A DNA stretch of 59,607 nucleotides from Eubacteriales bacterium (GTDB lineage Bacteria; Bacillota; Clostridia; Christensenellales; MB2-83), in contig JAHAZM010000034.1 in assembly GCA_018385275.1 (NCBI GenBank), forward strand, positions 1 through 59,607. The letters run 5' to 3'. The notes beneath the pieces are model-generated. The model ran no database searches and had not been told where the DNA came from. It saw nothing but the letters and a program-made list of their open reading frames with translations. Positions 30,645 to 38,936 of the stretch are shown here, piece after piece. A program made the position numbers and the translations under genes. The stretch's first letter is position 1, and every line of letters begins with the position of its first letter.

Positions 30645-30858
30645 CTTCCGCGTCTCCCTGCCTCCGCTTCTTTTTGCATAATTTCCTGCAAAAATATGCA
30701 GTCTTCCGTTTTTCGGCGGAAAACTGCATATTTGCTCTTCAAAACGTAAAACTCAAGGAAATAAAGGAAAAAACCGATTGACAAAATCGGATTTCTGTTT
30801 TTAAATCATACTCATAACGAATAATTCCAAAATGAATTATTCATCGGAGGACAGCATC

Positions 30859-32268
30859 ATGGTAGAATACGGAAAGAACTCAAACCTTCTGGAGATCTCG
30901 GCTTTTCAGTATGAGCTGCAGAATCCCAAGGAACCAAACCTGTACCGGGGCATCTACGACTACGACCAGATCCCGAAAACGGCGTTCAACTATCGCCTGA
31001 CGCCGATGAACCCGCCGGATCAGATCTGGATCACGGATACCACCTTCCGCGACGGGCAGCAGGCGCAGTCGCCTTTTTCCGTCGAGCACATCGCCAATCT
31101 TTACGCCCTGCTGCACAAGCTCGGCGGTCCCAAGGGCCTGATCCGGCAATGCGAGTTCTTCGTTTATACCGAGAAAGACCGCGCGTCGATCCGGCGCTGC
31201 CAGGAGATGGGCTTCGAGTTTCCCGAAATCACGACCTGGATCCGCGCCAACGACAGCGATTTCGATCTGGTCAAAGAAATGGGGATCCGCGAAACCGGCA
31301 TCCTCGTGAGCTGTTCGGACTATCATATCTATGAAAAAATGCACATGGACCGCAAACAGGCGTTGGATAAGTATCTCGGCGTCGTCAAGCGCGTTCTGGA
31401 CCGAGGCATCGTGCCGCGCTGCCATTTTGAGGATATTACCCGCGCCGATTTCTACGGCTTCGTCCTGCCGTTTGCCAACGAGCTGATGAAGCTTTCGGCC
31501 GAATCCGGCGTCCCCATCAAGATCCGCGCCTGCGACACGCTCGGCTACGGCGTTTCCTACCCCGGCGCCGCGCTCCCGCGCAGCGTGCCGGGCATCATCT
31601 ACGGTCTGCACCATTATTCCCGCGTGCCCAGCGAACAGCTCGAATGGCACGGCCATAACGATTTCTATAAAGTCGTCACCAACGCCGCCACCGCCTGGCT
31701 CTACGGCTGCAGCAGCGTCAACTGCTCCATGCTCGGCATCGGCGAACGCACCGGCAACTGCCCGCTTGAGGCCATGGCCATCGAATACGCTTCCCTGCGC
31801 GGCACCACGGACGGGATGGACCTCAGCGTCATCACAGAAATCGCCCAATACTTTGAAAACAACTTCGGCTACGACATCCCGCCGAACACGCCTTTCGTCG
31901 GCCGCAACTTCAATTCCACCCGCGCCGGCATTCACGCCGACGGCATGCTGAAGAACGAAGAGATCTACAATATTTTCAATACCGCCAAGATCCTCAACCG
32001 GCCGGCCACCGTCTCCGTCGACGAGCATTCGGGCCTGGCGGGCATCGCCTTCTGGCTCAACAGCTATTACGGCCTGAAAGGCGATCATGCTGTACTCAAG
32101 ACCGATCCGATCGTCGCGCAGATGAAAGCCGAAGTCGACAAACTGTACGCCGACGGCCGCAACACGGTCATGAGCGACTACGAGCTGGACTTCATCCTTT
32201 CCCAGATCGATCCGGAACGCCACGTGATGATGGCGGTCCTGCGCAAAAAAGACCACGCAAAAGAATAA
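30859..32268 (+). CDS. Re-citrate synthase (isopropylmalate synthase-like DRE-TIM family)
   Basis: ITDTTFRDGQQ, CHFEDITRAD, EWHGHNDF, GIGERTGN and TRAGIHADG typical of the clostridial Re-citrate synthase; ATG 30859 after GGAGG. Confidence 0.85.
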   Translation: MVEYGKNSNLLEISAFQYELQNPKEPNLYRGIYDYDQIPKTAFNYRLTPMNPPDQIWITDTTFRDGQQAQSPFSVEHIANLYALLHKLGGPKGLIRQCEFFVYTEKDRASIRRCQEMGFEFPEITTWIRANDSDFDLVKEMGIRETGILVSCSDYHIYEKMHMDRKQALDKYLGVVKRVLDRGIVPRCHFEDITRADFYGFVLPFANELMKLSAESGVPIKIRACDTLGYGVSYPGAALPRSVPGIIYGLHHYSRVPSEQLEWHGHNDFYKVVTNAATAWLYGCSSVNCSMLGIGERTGNCPLEAMAIEYASLRGTTDGMDLSVITEIAQYFENNFGYDIPPNTPFVGRNFNSTRAGIHADGMLKNEEIYNIFNTAKILNRPATVSVDEHSGLAGIAFWLNSYYGLKGDHAVLKTDPIVAQMKAEVDKLYADGRNTVMSDYELDFILSQIDPERHVMMAVLRKKDHAKE

Positions 32269-32276
32269 AGATCACC

Positions 32277-32305
32277 GAAGAGCCGACACCGGCTCTTCTT
32301 TTTTT
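32277..32305 (+). terminator. Intrinsic terminator
   Basis: GAAGAGCCG/CGGCTCTTC followed by T7. Confidence 0.85.
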
Positions 32306-32344
32306 CGAACCTGTAAATTATTTTGTTTTTTTTCGGTTTTCTTA

Positions 32345-32373
32345 TTGAAATCCGGCGACGGTTCGAGTATAAT
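32345..32373 (+). promoter_or_regulatory. SigA-like promoter
   Basis: TTGAAA-N17-TATAAT. Confidence 0.7.
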
Positions 32374-32420
32374 AGAAACAGGTCGGAGGACCGCAAACAC
32401 GATGAAGGAGGACCTCTTAT

Positions 32421-32834
32421 ATGATTGAGCTCATCTACGGAAAAAAAGGCAGCGGAAAAACCAAACGGATCATCGCTTCGGCCAACGAAGCCGTCCGTTC
32501 CACCAAAGACGGCTGTGTCGTTTTTATCGACGACAATAGCCGTTATATGTATGATCTGGATCGCAACATCCGCTTCGTGGCCACGGAAAACTACGGCCTG
32601 CACGACGCGGAGAGTTTATATCATTTCATTTGCGGCGGCACCGCCGTGAATTACGGGATCGAATATCTCTATATCGACGGTCTGAAAAAGATCGTCAACA
32701 CCGATCTGGCTTCCCTCGAAGGGTTCTTCTCCAAACTCAACACCCTGTCCGATCAGAACGGCTTCCGCGTCGTCATGACCATTTCGGCCGAACCGGAAGA
32801 AATGCCCGATTTCCTGAAAGCCTATATCCGCTGA
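32421..32834 (+). CDS. Small conserved clostridial P-loop protein of unknown function
   Basis: GKKGSGKT Walker A, VFIDD, YLYIDG; AAGGAGG RBS; monocistronic. Confidence 0.75.
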   Translation: MIELIYGKKGSGKTKRIIASANEAVRSTKDGCVVFIDDNSRYMYDLDRNIRFVATENYGLHDAESLYHFICGGTAVNYGIEYLYIDGLKKIVNTDLASLEGFFSKLNTLSDQNGFRVVMTISAEPEEMPDFLKAYIR

Positions 32835-32857
32835 ATCGCCGTTCCCCTCGCTTTGCC

Positions 32858-32893
32858 GCGGCGCGGTTCCCCAAAGGAGCCGCGCCGCATTTT
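32858..32893 (+). terminator. Probable terminator
   Basis: GCGGCGCGGTTCC/GGAGCCGCGCCGC followed by ATTTT. Confidence 0.65.
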
Positions 32894-33064
32894 GCTGTCC
32901 GGCCGCTTTTCCTTCCGTCCGCCGGCCGCTTTCTCCCGCTCGGCCGCTCCGCGCTTGCCCGGCCGTCCGGCATCGCCGTTCTTTTCCCGGTTTTTTCTTC
33001 ATTTTCTCTTGCTTTTTTATAGAAATGATTTATAATACAAATATCAAAACAAGGAGGATCTCCT

Positions 33065-34876
33065 ATGAATATGAACGTACTGGCCTTCGGTGCCGTCAGT
33101 GACGAAAGCTTCAACAGCACGACCGCCTTCAATGAAGCGATCCGCCGTTGTTCGGAAAGCGGCGGCGGCGTCGTAGACGTGCCGGCAGGCGTCTATCTGT
33201 GCGGCACTATTCTCCTGCAGGACAACGTGCTGCTCAATCTCCAGCCCGGCAGCCGCATCATCGGCAGCACGGACATCCGCGATTACACCGGCACCCAGCG
33301 CAAATGCGCCTGGGGCGGCGCCGTCAACTGCTGCGGCGACCAGTTTAATTTTCAGGATAATCCCTGCGTCGCTCTGATCCTGGCCGACCGCAAGACCAAC
33401 TGCGGCGTCATCGGCACCGGAACCGTCGACGGCCGGCGCAGCACCAAATTCGGTTATTCGCCGGAAAAAGGCCGTCCGTTCCTGTGCGTCTTCTCCGAAT
33501 GCCGCTTCGTCACCCTCCGCGACGTGACGCTGACCAATCCGGGTATGTTCACCGTCTACGGCCTCAACAGCACCGACGTCACCATCGACGGTGTCAAGAT
33601 CCGTTCCGCCGACTCCTGGAACGGCGACGGTCTTGATTTCGACGGCGGCAAGCGCGTCACCATCTCCAACTGCAACATCGACGCGGGCGACGACGCCATC
33701 GGTCTCAAAGCACTTACCCCCGGCGAACCGTGCGAGGATTTCACGATCACCAACTGCGTGATCCGTTCCCGCAACTGGGGCGCCATCCGCATCGGCCCGG
33801 AATCGGCCGGCGATATGAAGCGCATCGCCATGAGCAACTGCGTTTTCCATGACTGCGGCGACGGTTTCAAACTCCAACTGACGCAGGACGCCGTCTTCGA
33901 GGACCTCAGCTTCGACAACATCCTCATGAACGAAGTCCTTCGCCCGTTCTTCATCACCTCCAACCGCTACAACATGAGCAGCAAGGTCCCGCTTTCCCGC
34001 CCGAAGGCGGGCACGGTGCGCCGTCTGCGCTTCTCCAATATCTCCGCCGTCATGCGGCCGACCTCTTTCATTCCCGAATACAATCTCCGCGTCTACGCCA
34101 ACAACTTCATTTCCGCCCTGCCCGGTTCCGTCGTAGAGGACCTGACGCTGTCCAACGTCCACCTCATCGCGCCCGGCGGCGGCACGAAAGAAGAGGCCGA
34201 ACGCACTGTCGGCCACGGCGACATGTTCGACTTCCGCAATATGTACCCCGAGCATCTGACCAACTTCGGCGGCGACTACCCTTCCGCGGTCCTTTATATC
34301 CGCAACGCAAAGAATGTACGTATGCTCAACTGTACATTTGAAGCGCAGGAATACGACGAGCGCTGCGCTATCGCGGCCGAATGCGTCGAAAACCTCTTCC
34401 TCCGTTACGCCGTCGCGCGCAACGTCGCCGGCCTGCTGCGTCAGTACCGCTGCGACGGTCTGAGCGTGGCCGAAAGCGAAGGCGCCGTCGTCGGCTTCAC
34501 CAAAGAACAGGCGGAGGGCTGGGAAAAATTCCGCGAGATGACCCTGCTTGTCGACGCGCGCCTCGAGGAAGCCGCGCTGGCCTGCGACGCCGCGCTGGCC
34601 CTGCCGGATACCGAATCCGTCTTCGACACGCCCGTCTTCTCCATCGAAAAGAACGAGCGCAGGCAGTTCCTCTTCATTCCCTCTTTCGAGGGCAACTTCG
34701 ATCTCTACGTCAACGGCGAACTGGTCACCGACTGGCACATGCCGCCCTGCTACGTTTTCCCCTACCCGTTCACATTCGAACTGACGCCCTATCTCTCGGA
34801 CGGAGAAAACCGCATCGAGATCCGTCCGCGCGGCGAATGCAAGTTGTTATCAAAAATTTTCATCAAATTATCCTGA
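33065..34876 (+). CDS. Glycoside hydrolase family 28 (cytoplasmic) with C-terminal beta-sandwich extension
   Basis: FGAV.D, GGG.V.VPAG.Y, NGDG.D, GDDAI and RIGPES motifs; no signal peptide; AAGGAGG RBS. Confidence 0.82.
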   Translation: MNMNVLAFGAVSDESFNSTTAFNEAIRRCSESGGGVVDVPAGVYLCGTILLQDNVLLNLQPGSRIIGSTDIRDYTGTQRKCAWGGAVNCCGDQFNFQDNPCVALILADRKTNCGVIGTGTVDGRRSTKFGYSPEKGRPFLCVFSECRFVTLRDVTLTNPGMFTVYGLNSTDVTIDGVKIRSADSWNGDGLDFDGGKRVTISNCNIDAGDDAIGLKALTPGEPCEDFTITNCVIRSRNWGAIRIGPESAGDMKRIAMSNCVFHDCGDGFKLQLTQDAVFEDLSFDNILMNEVLRPFFITSNRYNMSSKVPLSRPKAGTVRRLRFSNISAVMRPTSFIPEYNLRVYANNFISALPGSVVEDLTLSNVHLIAPGGGTKEEAERTVGHGDMFDFRNMYPEHLTNFGGDYPSAVLYIRNAKNVRMLNCTFEAQEYDERCAIAAECVENLFLRYAVARNVAGLLRQYRCDGLSVAESEGAVVGFTKEQAEGWEKFREMTLLVDARLEEAALACDAALALPDTESVFDTPVFSIEKNERRQFLFIPSFEGNFDLYVNGELVTDWHMPPCYVFPYPFTFELTPYLSDGENRIEIRPRGECKLLSKIFIKLS

Positions 34877-34882
34877 ACGAAG

Positions 34883-34912
34883 CGGCCGGATTCTTCTCCG
34901 GCCGTTTTTTTT
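34883..34912 (+). terminator. Intrinsic terminator
   Basis: CGGCCGGA/TCCGGCCG followed by T8. Confidence 0.85.
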
Positions 34913-34917
34913 CACGC

Positions 34918-34946
34918 TTGACAAATGCTTTCCTTGCGCAGATAAT
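34918..34946 (+). promoter_or_regulatory. SigA-like promoter of the kinase gene
   Basis: TTGACA-N17-GATAAT. Confidence 0.55.
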
Positions 34947-34981
34947 AAACTTGAAATACTGAAAAACAAGGTTTTTGCTTT

Positions 34982-36250
34982 ATGGATCTGAATCAATGGA
35001 AAAGCGCGATCCGCTCCGGCGCGCTCGCTTCGCACTTCAGCCATCTCTACGGTACCGACGGCGTCAGGCAGCCGAAACGCTATCTTCGGGCGCTCGACCT
35101 GTTTGAAGAACACTTCGGCCAGACAGGCGATATTTCTCTCGCCTCGGCCGGCGGCCGCGTTGAGATCATCGGCAACCACACGGACCACAACAACGGCCGG
35201 GTCCTGACCGCCGCCATCAGCCTCGACGCTCTCTGCGTCGCACGCCGCAATCAATCCAATACCGTCCGCCTCTTTTCCGACGGCTATACCGGCGGCTTCA
35301 GTATCGCCTTGTCCGATCTCGAGCCCCATGACAATGAAAAAGGCACCACCTCGGCGCTGGTTCGCGGGATCGCACACAAGCTCGTCGAATCAGGCTATGC
35401 CATCGGCGGTTTCGACGGCTATATCGCCAGCGAGGTCCTGCGCGGTTCCGGTCTGTCCAGCAGCGCCGCCGTCGAAGCGCTCATCACTCAACTCTTTGTT
35501 TCACTCTACAACGACCGGCCGATCTCCGGCCCCGAGAACGCCCGTATTTCCCAGTACGCGGAACGGACGTATTTCGGCAAACCCTGCGGGCTGATGGATC
35601 AGATGGCCTGCGCCGTCGGCGGCGTCATGACGATCGACTTCAACAATAACGCCCGCATCCGTCCCGTCAAAGCGGATTTCGGCGGAGACCTGATCCTCGC
35701 CGTCGTCGACACGCTGGGCAATCACGCCGATCTGACCGACGAATACGCCTCTATCACGCGTGAAATGCACGCCGTGGCGGAGTTCTTCGGTCACGACCTC
35801 CTCGTCGACGTGGATGAGAACGAGTTTTTCTCTCGGCTGGGCGAGCTGTCCCGCGCCGTGCCTGGCCGGGCGATCCTGCGCGCTTATCACTTCTTCGAGG
35901 AAAACAAGCGCGTCGACCGCGGCGCCGCGGCGCTGAACGCCGGCGACGTCGAGGGCTTCTTTTCCGCCGTCCGGGAAAGCGGAGAAAGCTCCTGGAAATA
36001 CCTGCAGAACCTGCACGCCGGGTCTTCGGCCGAACAGCGCGTAGAACTGGCTCTGCTGACGGCTTCGGAAGCGCTGGGCGCCGACGGCGCATGCCGCGTC
36101 CACGGCGGCGGTTTCGGCGGCACGATCCTGTGCTTCCTGCGCCGCGCCGCGCGTGAGCGTTTCATCAGCGCCGTCAGTTCCGTATTCGGCTCTGAGAGCA
36201 TCCATTTCCTTTCGATCCGTTCGGAAGGAAGTTTGACAATCAGAATCTAA
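34982..36250 (+). CDS. Galactokinase-family (GHMP) sugar-1-kinase
   Basis: GRVEIIGNHTDH, GSGLSSSAA, GKPCGLMDQ and RVHGGGFGG. Confidence 0.9.
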   Translation: MDLNQWKSAIRSGALASHFSHLYGTDGVRQPKRYLRALDLFEEHFGQTGDISLASAGGRVEIIGNHTDHNNGRVLTAAISLDALCVARRNQSNTVRLFSDGYTGGFSIALSDLEPHDNEKGTTSALVRGIAHKLVESGYAIGGFDGYIASEVLRGSGLSSSAAVEALITQLFVSLYNDRPISGPENARISQYAERTYFGKPCGLMDQMACAVGGVMTIDFNNNARIRPVKADFGGDLILAVVDTLGNHADLTDEYASITREMHAVAEFFGHDLLVDVDENEFFSRLGELSRAVPGRAILRAYHFFEENKRVDRGAAALNAGDVEGFFSAVRESGESSWKYLQNLHAGSSAEQRVELALLTASEALGADGACRVHGGGFGGTILCFLRRAARERFISAVSSVFGSESIHFLSIRSEGSLTIRI

Positions 36251-36261
36251 CGGAGGTTTTT

Positions 36262-37722
36262 ATGAAGGTCCTGAAGTTTTTCGTAAAACTCATCACGGCG
36301 ATCCTGGCCTTCGCTCTGGCCGTCGTCATCTTTGTGCTGGCTCTCGGTCTCGGCACGCTCTGCACCGTCGACCGGATCCTGTCCGGCCAAACCGTTTCCG
36401 CCCTGATCGCCTCGGTCGGTTCCATCGCCGAGCCTGAGAAGTCCGCCGGCCGGACGGTTTCGTCCGCCGCTTTGGCCGCCGCGGGCGCCCGTCTCGAAAA
36501 AGACTCGGACGAGCATGACGGTCTTCCTTACATCACACGGCAGGAATATCAGCAAGCGATCGACAAGCTCGACTTGTCCGAAATGGAAACAGCCCTCCGC
36601 GAGCTGTCCTCCAAACTGCCCGGTTCCTCCGGCGAACCTTTCATCACGGCAAAAGCCGTAAAGGGCTTCCTGTCCAGCGTTGACATAGAAACCGCCCAGA
36701 AACGATTCGGGAAGATCATGGACGATGAAAGCGTCCAGTCCTTTATAGAGAGCATAGACAAAGAGAACACCGAAAAGAATCTGCCCGCTCTGCTGACTAC
36801 GTCGCTCTTCGGCGACGTAATAGGCGACGTACTGGATTATTATATCGGCAACACGGCCGCTTATTGCGACCCTCTGCGAACCAATCCCGATCCTGAGCAG
36901 GCCAAACTTGCGCTGACCGAATCCCTGACCAAGTCCCTGCAGAACAATATCGGCGACCTTTCGATCCTGATCGGCCGCGATCTGACGGCTCAGGAAAAAG
37001 AAAACCTGTGCGCTCTGTGCGACGATCTGGCCGTCACGGTAGCCGATGCGCTGCCGTCTTCTTCGATGCTCTTTGAGAGCATTTCCAAGGACGCGCGTCT
37101 GATCGTGGCCGTGCTCCTGTCCTCGACCGCCCGCATCGCGCTGGGCGTCGTCATTTTCCTGCTGCTGGCGCTGATCAGCCTGCTGCGCTGGAGCTGGCAC
37201 CGCGGCTTCATCTGGACCGGTATTCCGCTCCTCATGGTCGGGCTTTTCTTCGCGACGATCGGTCTGACCGGTAACGGTCTGGTCGGCTTTCTTCCGGAAA
37301 GCATGACAAAACTCGCCGGGGCTTTCCAGCCCATCGGGATCGCGTTCCGCAACGTCGGTCTCATCATGAGCGGCGTCGGTGTCGTGCTGATCATCCTGTT
37401 CATCATCGGTTCCATATTGATGAAGAACCGCCGCGCCAAAAAAGCCGCGGCAACCGCTGCGGCAGCCGCGCCCGCGGCCGCCGCTCCGAACGGCGTTGTC
37501 TACGGACAAGACGGGGTCACGCAGATCCACGTCGTTTCCGACACGTCTCCGGCGGTCCCCTCTTCCGAACCGGCTCCCGCCGCCCCCGACGCGACGCCGA
37601 CAGCCCCCGCTCCCGCCGCAGCGGTTACCCCCGCGTCCGAACCCGTGACCGCACCGCAAGAGCGTTACGTTGACGTTTCGACGCTGGACGATATCCTGCC
37701 GCCGACGGATCCTCAATCCTGA
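36262..37722 (+). CDS. Hypothetical membrane protein with Pro/Ala/Thr-rich tail
   Basis: GGAGG RBS; N-terminal hydrophobic segment, helical soluble region, about 3 C-terminal TMs, low-complexity tail. Confidence 0.75.
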   Translation: MKVLKFFVKLITAILAFALAVVIFVLALGLGTLCTVDRILSGQTVSALIASVGSIAEPEKSAGRTVSSAALAAAGARLEKDSDEHDGLPYITRQEYQQAIDKLDLSEMETALRELSSKLPGSSGEPFITAKAVKGFLSSVDIETAQKRFGKIMDDESVQSFIESIDKENTEKNLPALLTTSLFGDVIGDVLDYYIGNTAAYCDPLRTNPDPEQAKLALTESLTKSLQNNIGDLSILIGRDLTAQEKENLCALCDDLAVTVADALPSSSMLFESISKDARLIVAVLLSSTARIALGVVIFLLLALISLLRWSWHRGFIWTGIPLLMVGLFFATIGLTGNGLVGFLPESMTKLAGAFQPIGIAFRNVGLIMSGVGVVLIILFIIGSILMKNRRAKKAAATAAAAAPAAAAPNGVVYGQDGVTQIHVVSDTSPAVPSSEPAPAAPDATPTAPAPAAAVTPASEPVTAPQERYVDVSTLDDILPPTDPQS

Positions 37723-37760
37723 CGATGCGATCAGAAAGCGACGACAAAAAACGACCGTGC

Positions 37761-37797
37761 AAAGCGCGGCGAAGCCCTTCCTCTTCGCCGCGCTTTT
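37761..37797 (+). terminator. Intrinsic terminator
   Basis: AAAGCGCGGCGAAG/CTTCGCCGCGCTTTT. Confidence 0.8.
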
Positions 37798-37929
37798 ATT
37801 CCGACCGGCAAGTTCAACGCTCTGTCCGGTCACGATCCGCTGAAGCCATATGAAAAAGCGGCTTTCCGATCCGCTGCTTTCCTCTCCCGCTTCTTTTTCC
37901 GAGCGGACGTCTCTGGCAGCAACCGCCTG

Positions 37930-37959
37930 TTGACAAAGCGTCGGCAAAAAAAGTATAAT
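37930..37959 (+). promoter_or_regulatory. SigA-like promoter of murB
   Basis: Consensus TTGACA-N18-TATAAT. Confidence 0.7.
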
Positions 37960-38033
37960 AAAATATACCCGGGCGCGATCCTGTCTCCCCTTTTCGGATG
38001 TCCCGGGATCATCTTGTTTTTTTCGGAGTCGCC

Positions 38034-38936
38034 ATGAAATCCTATGAACGCATCCTGCGCGAACTGGGTCCCTGCGTCCGCCGCGACGTGCCCATGAGCG
38101 CTTATACGACTTTTCGTATCGGCGGCCCGGCCGATCTGTTCATCGAGCCCGAGACTGAGGAGCAGCTGATGCTCGCTCTTCGTCTGCTGGACGAGGAAGG
38201 CCTCGACCGTTTCGTCGTCGGCAACGGGAGCAATCTTCTGGTCTCTGACAGCGGATACCGCGGCGCCGTGATCCGCCTCGCGGAGAAATTCTCCGATCTG
38301 GCGATCCGCGGCACGCATCTGCGGGCGCTGGCCGGCGCCTCGCTGGCCGCCGCGGCCAACCGTTCCGTCAGCCGCGGTCTGCAGGGACTGGAATGGGCTT
38401 CGGGCATCCCCGGCACCGTCGGCGGCGCCGTCGCGATGAACGCCGGAGCTTACGGCGGCGAGATCCGTCAGGTCCTGACCCGGGTCCGTTTGATCCGGAA
38501 CGGGGTTCTTTGCGATCATGACGTTTCCTCTGACGAACTCGGTTACCGCACCAGCGCTTTTGCCTATCCCGACGCCGTGGTCGTGGCCGCGGAAATGGAT
38601 CTTCTTCCCGATCCCGACGGCGGCGCGGCCCTGCGCCGCCGGGAATACAACGCCGCCCGCCGCGCCAAACAGCCTCTGGAATTCCCCAGCGCGGGCAGTA
38701 CCTTCAAGCGTCCTCCGGGCCGCTATGCCGGCGCTCTGATCGAGCAGGCCGGTCTCAAAGGTTTTTCTGTCGGAGGCGCGAGCGTTTCTCCCAAGCATGC
38801 CGGTTTCGTGGTTTCCGACGGCAGCGCCACGGCCCGTGACGTTTATACGCTGATCGGCGAGGTGCAGAAGCGTGTTCTGGCTCATTCCGGCGTCCTCCTG
38901 GAGCCGGAAGTCAAACTGATAGGTGATTTCTCATGA
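38034..38936 (+). CDS. murB: UDP-N-acetylenolpyruvoylglucosamine reductase
   Basis: TTFRIGGPAD, GNGSNLL, GIPGTVGGA.AMNAGAYG, QPLEFPSAGSTFK, KHAGF and LEPEV. Confidence 0.96.
   Translation: MKSYERILRELGPCVRRDVPMSAYTTFRIGGPADLFIEPETEEQLMLALRLLDEEGLDRFVVGNGSNLLVSDSGYRGAVIRLAEKFSDLAIRGTHLRALAGASLAAAANRSVSRGLQGLEWASGIPGTVGGAVAMNAGAYGGEIRQVLTRVRLIRNGVLCDHDVSSDELGYRTSAFAYPDAVVVAAEMDLLPDPDGGAALRRREYNAARRAKQPLEFPSAGSTFKRPPGRYAGALIEQAGLKGFSVGGASVSPKHAGFVVSDGSATARDVYTLIGEVQKRVLAHSGVLLEPEVKLIGDFS

Noticed and set aside
30859-32268. Annotation as 2-isopropylmalate synthase (leuA)
   Set aside because: It lacks the LeuA regulatory domain and leu operon context; the FRDGQQ and EDITRAD motifs fit Re-citrate synthase
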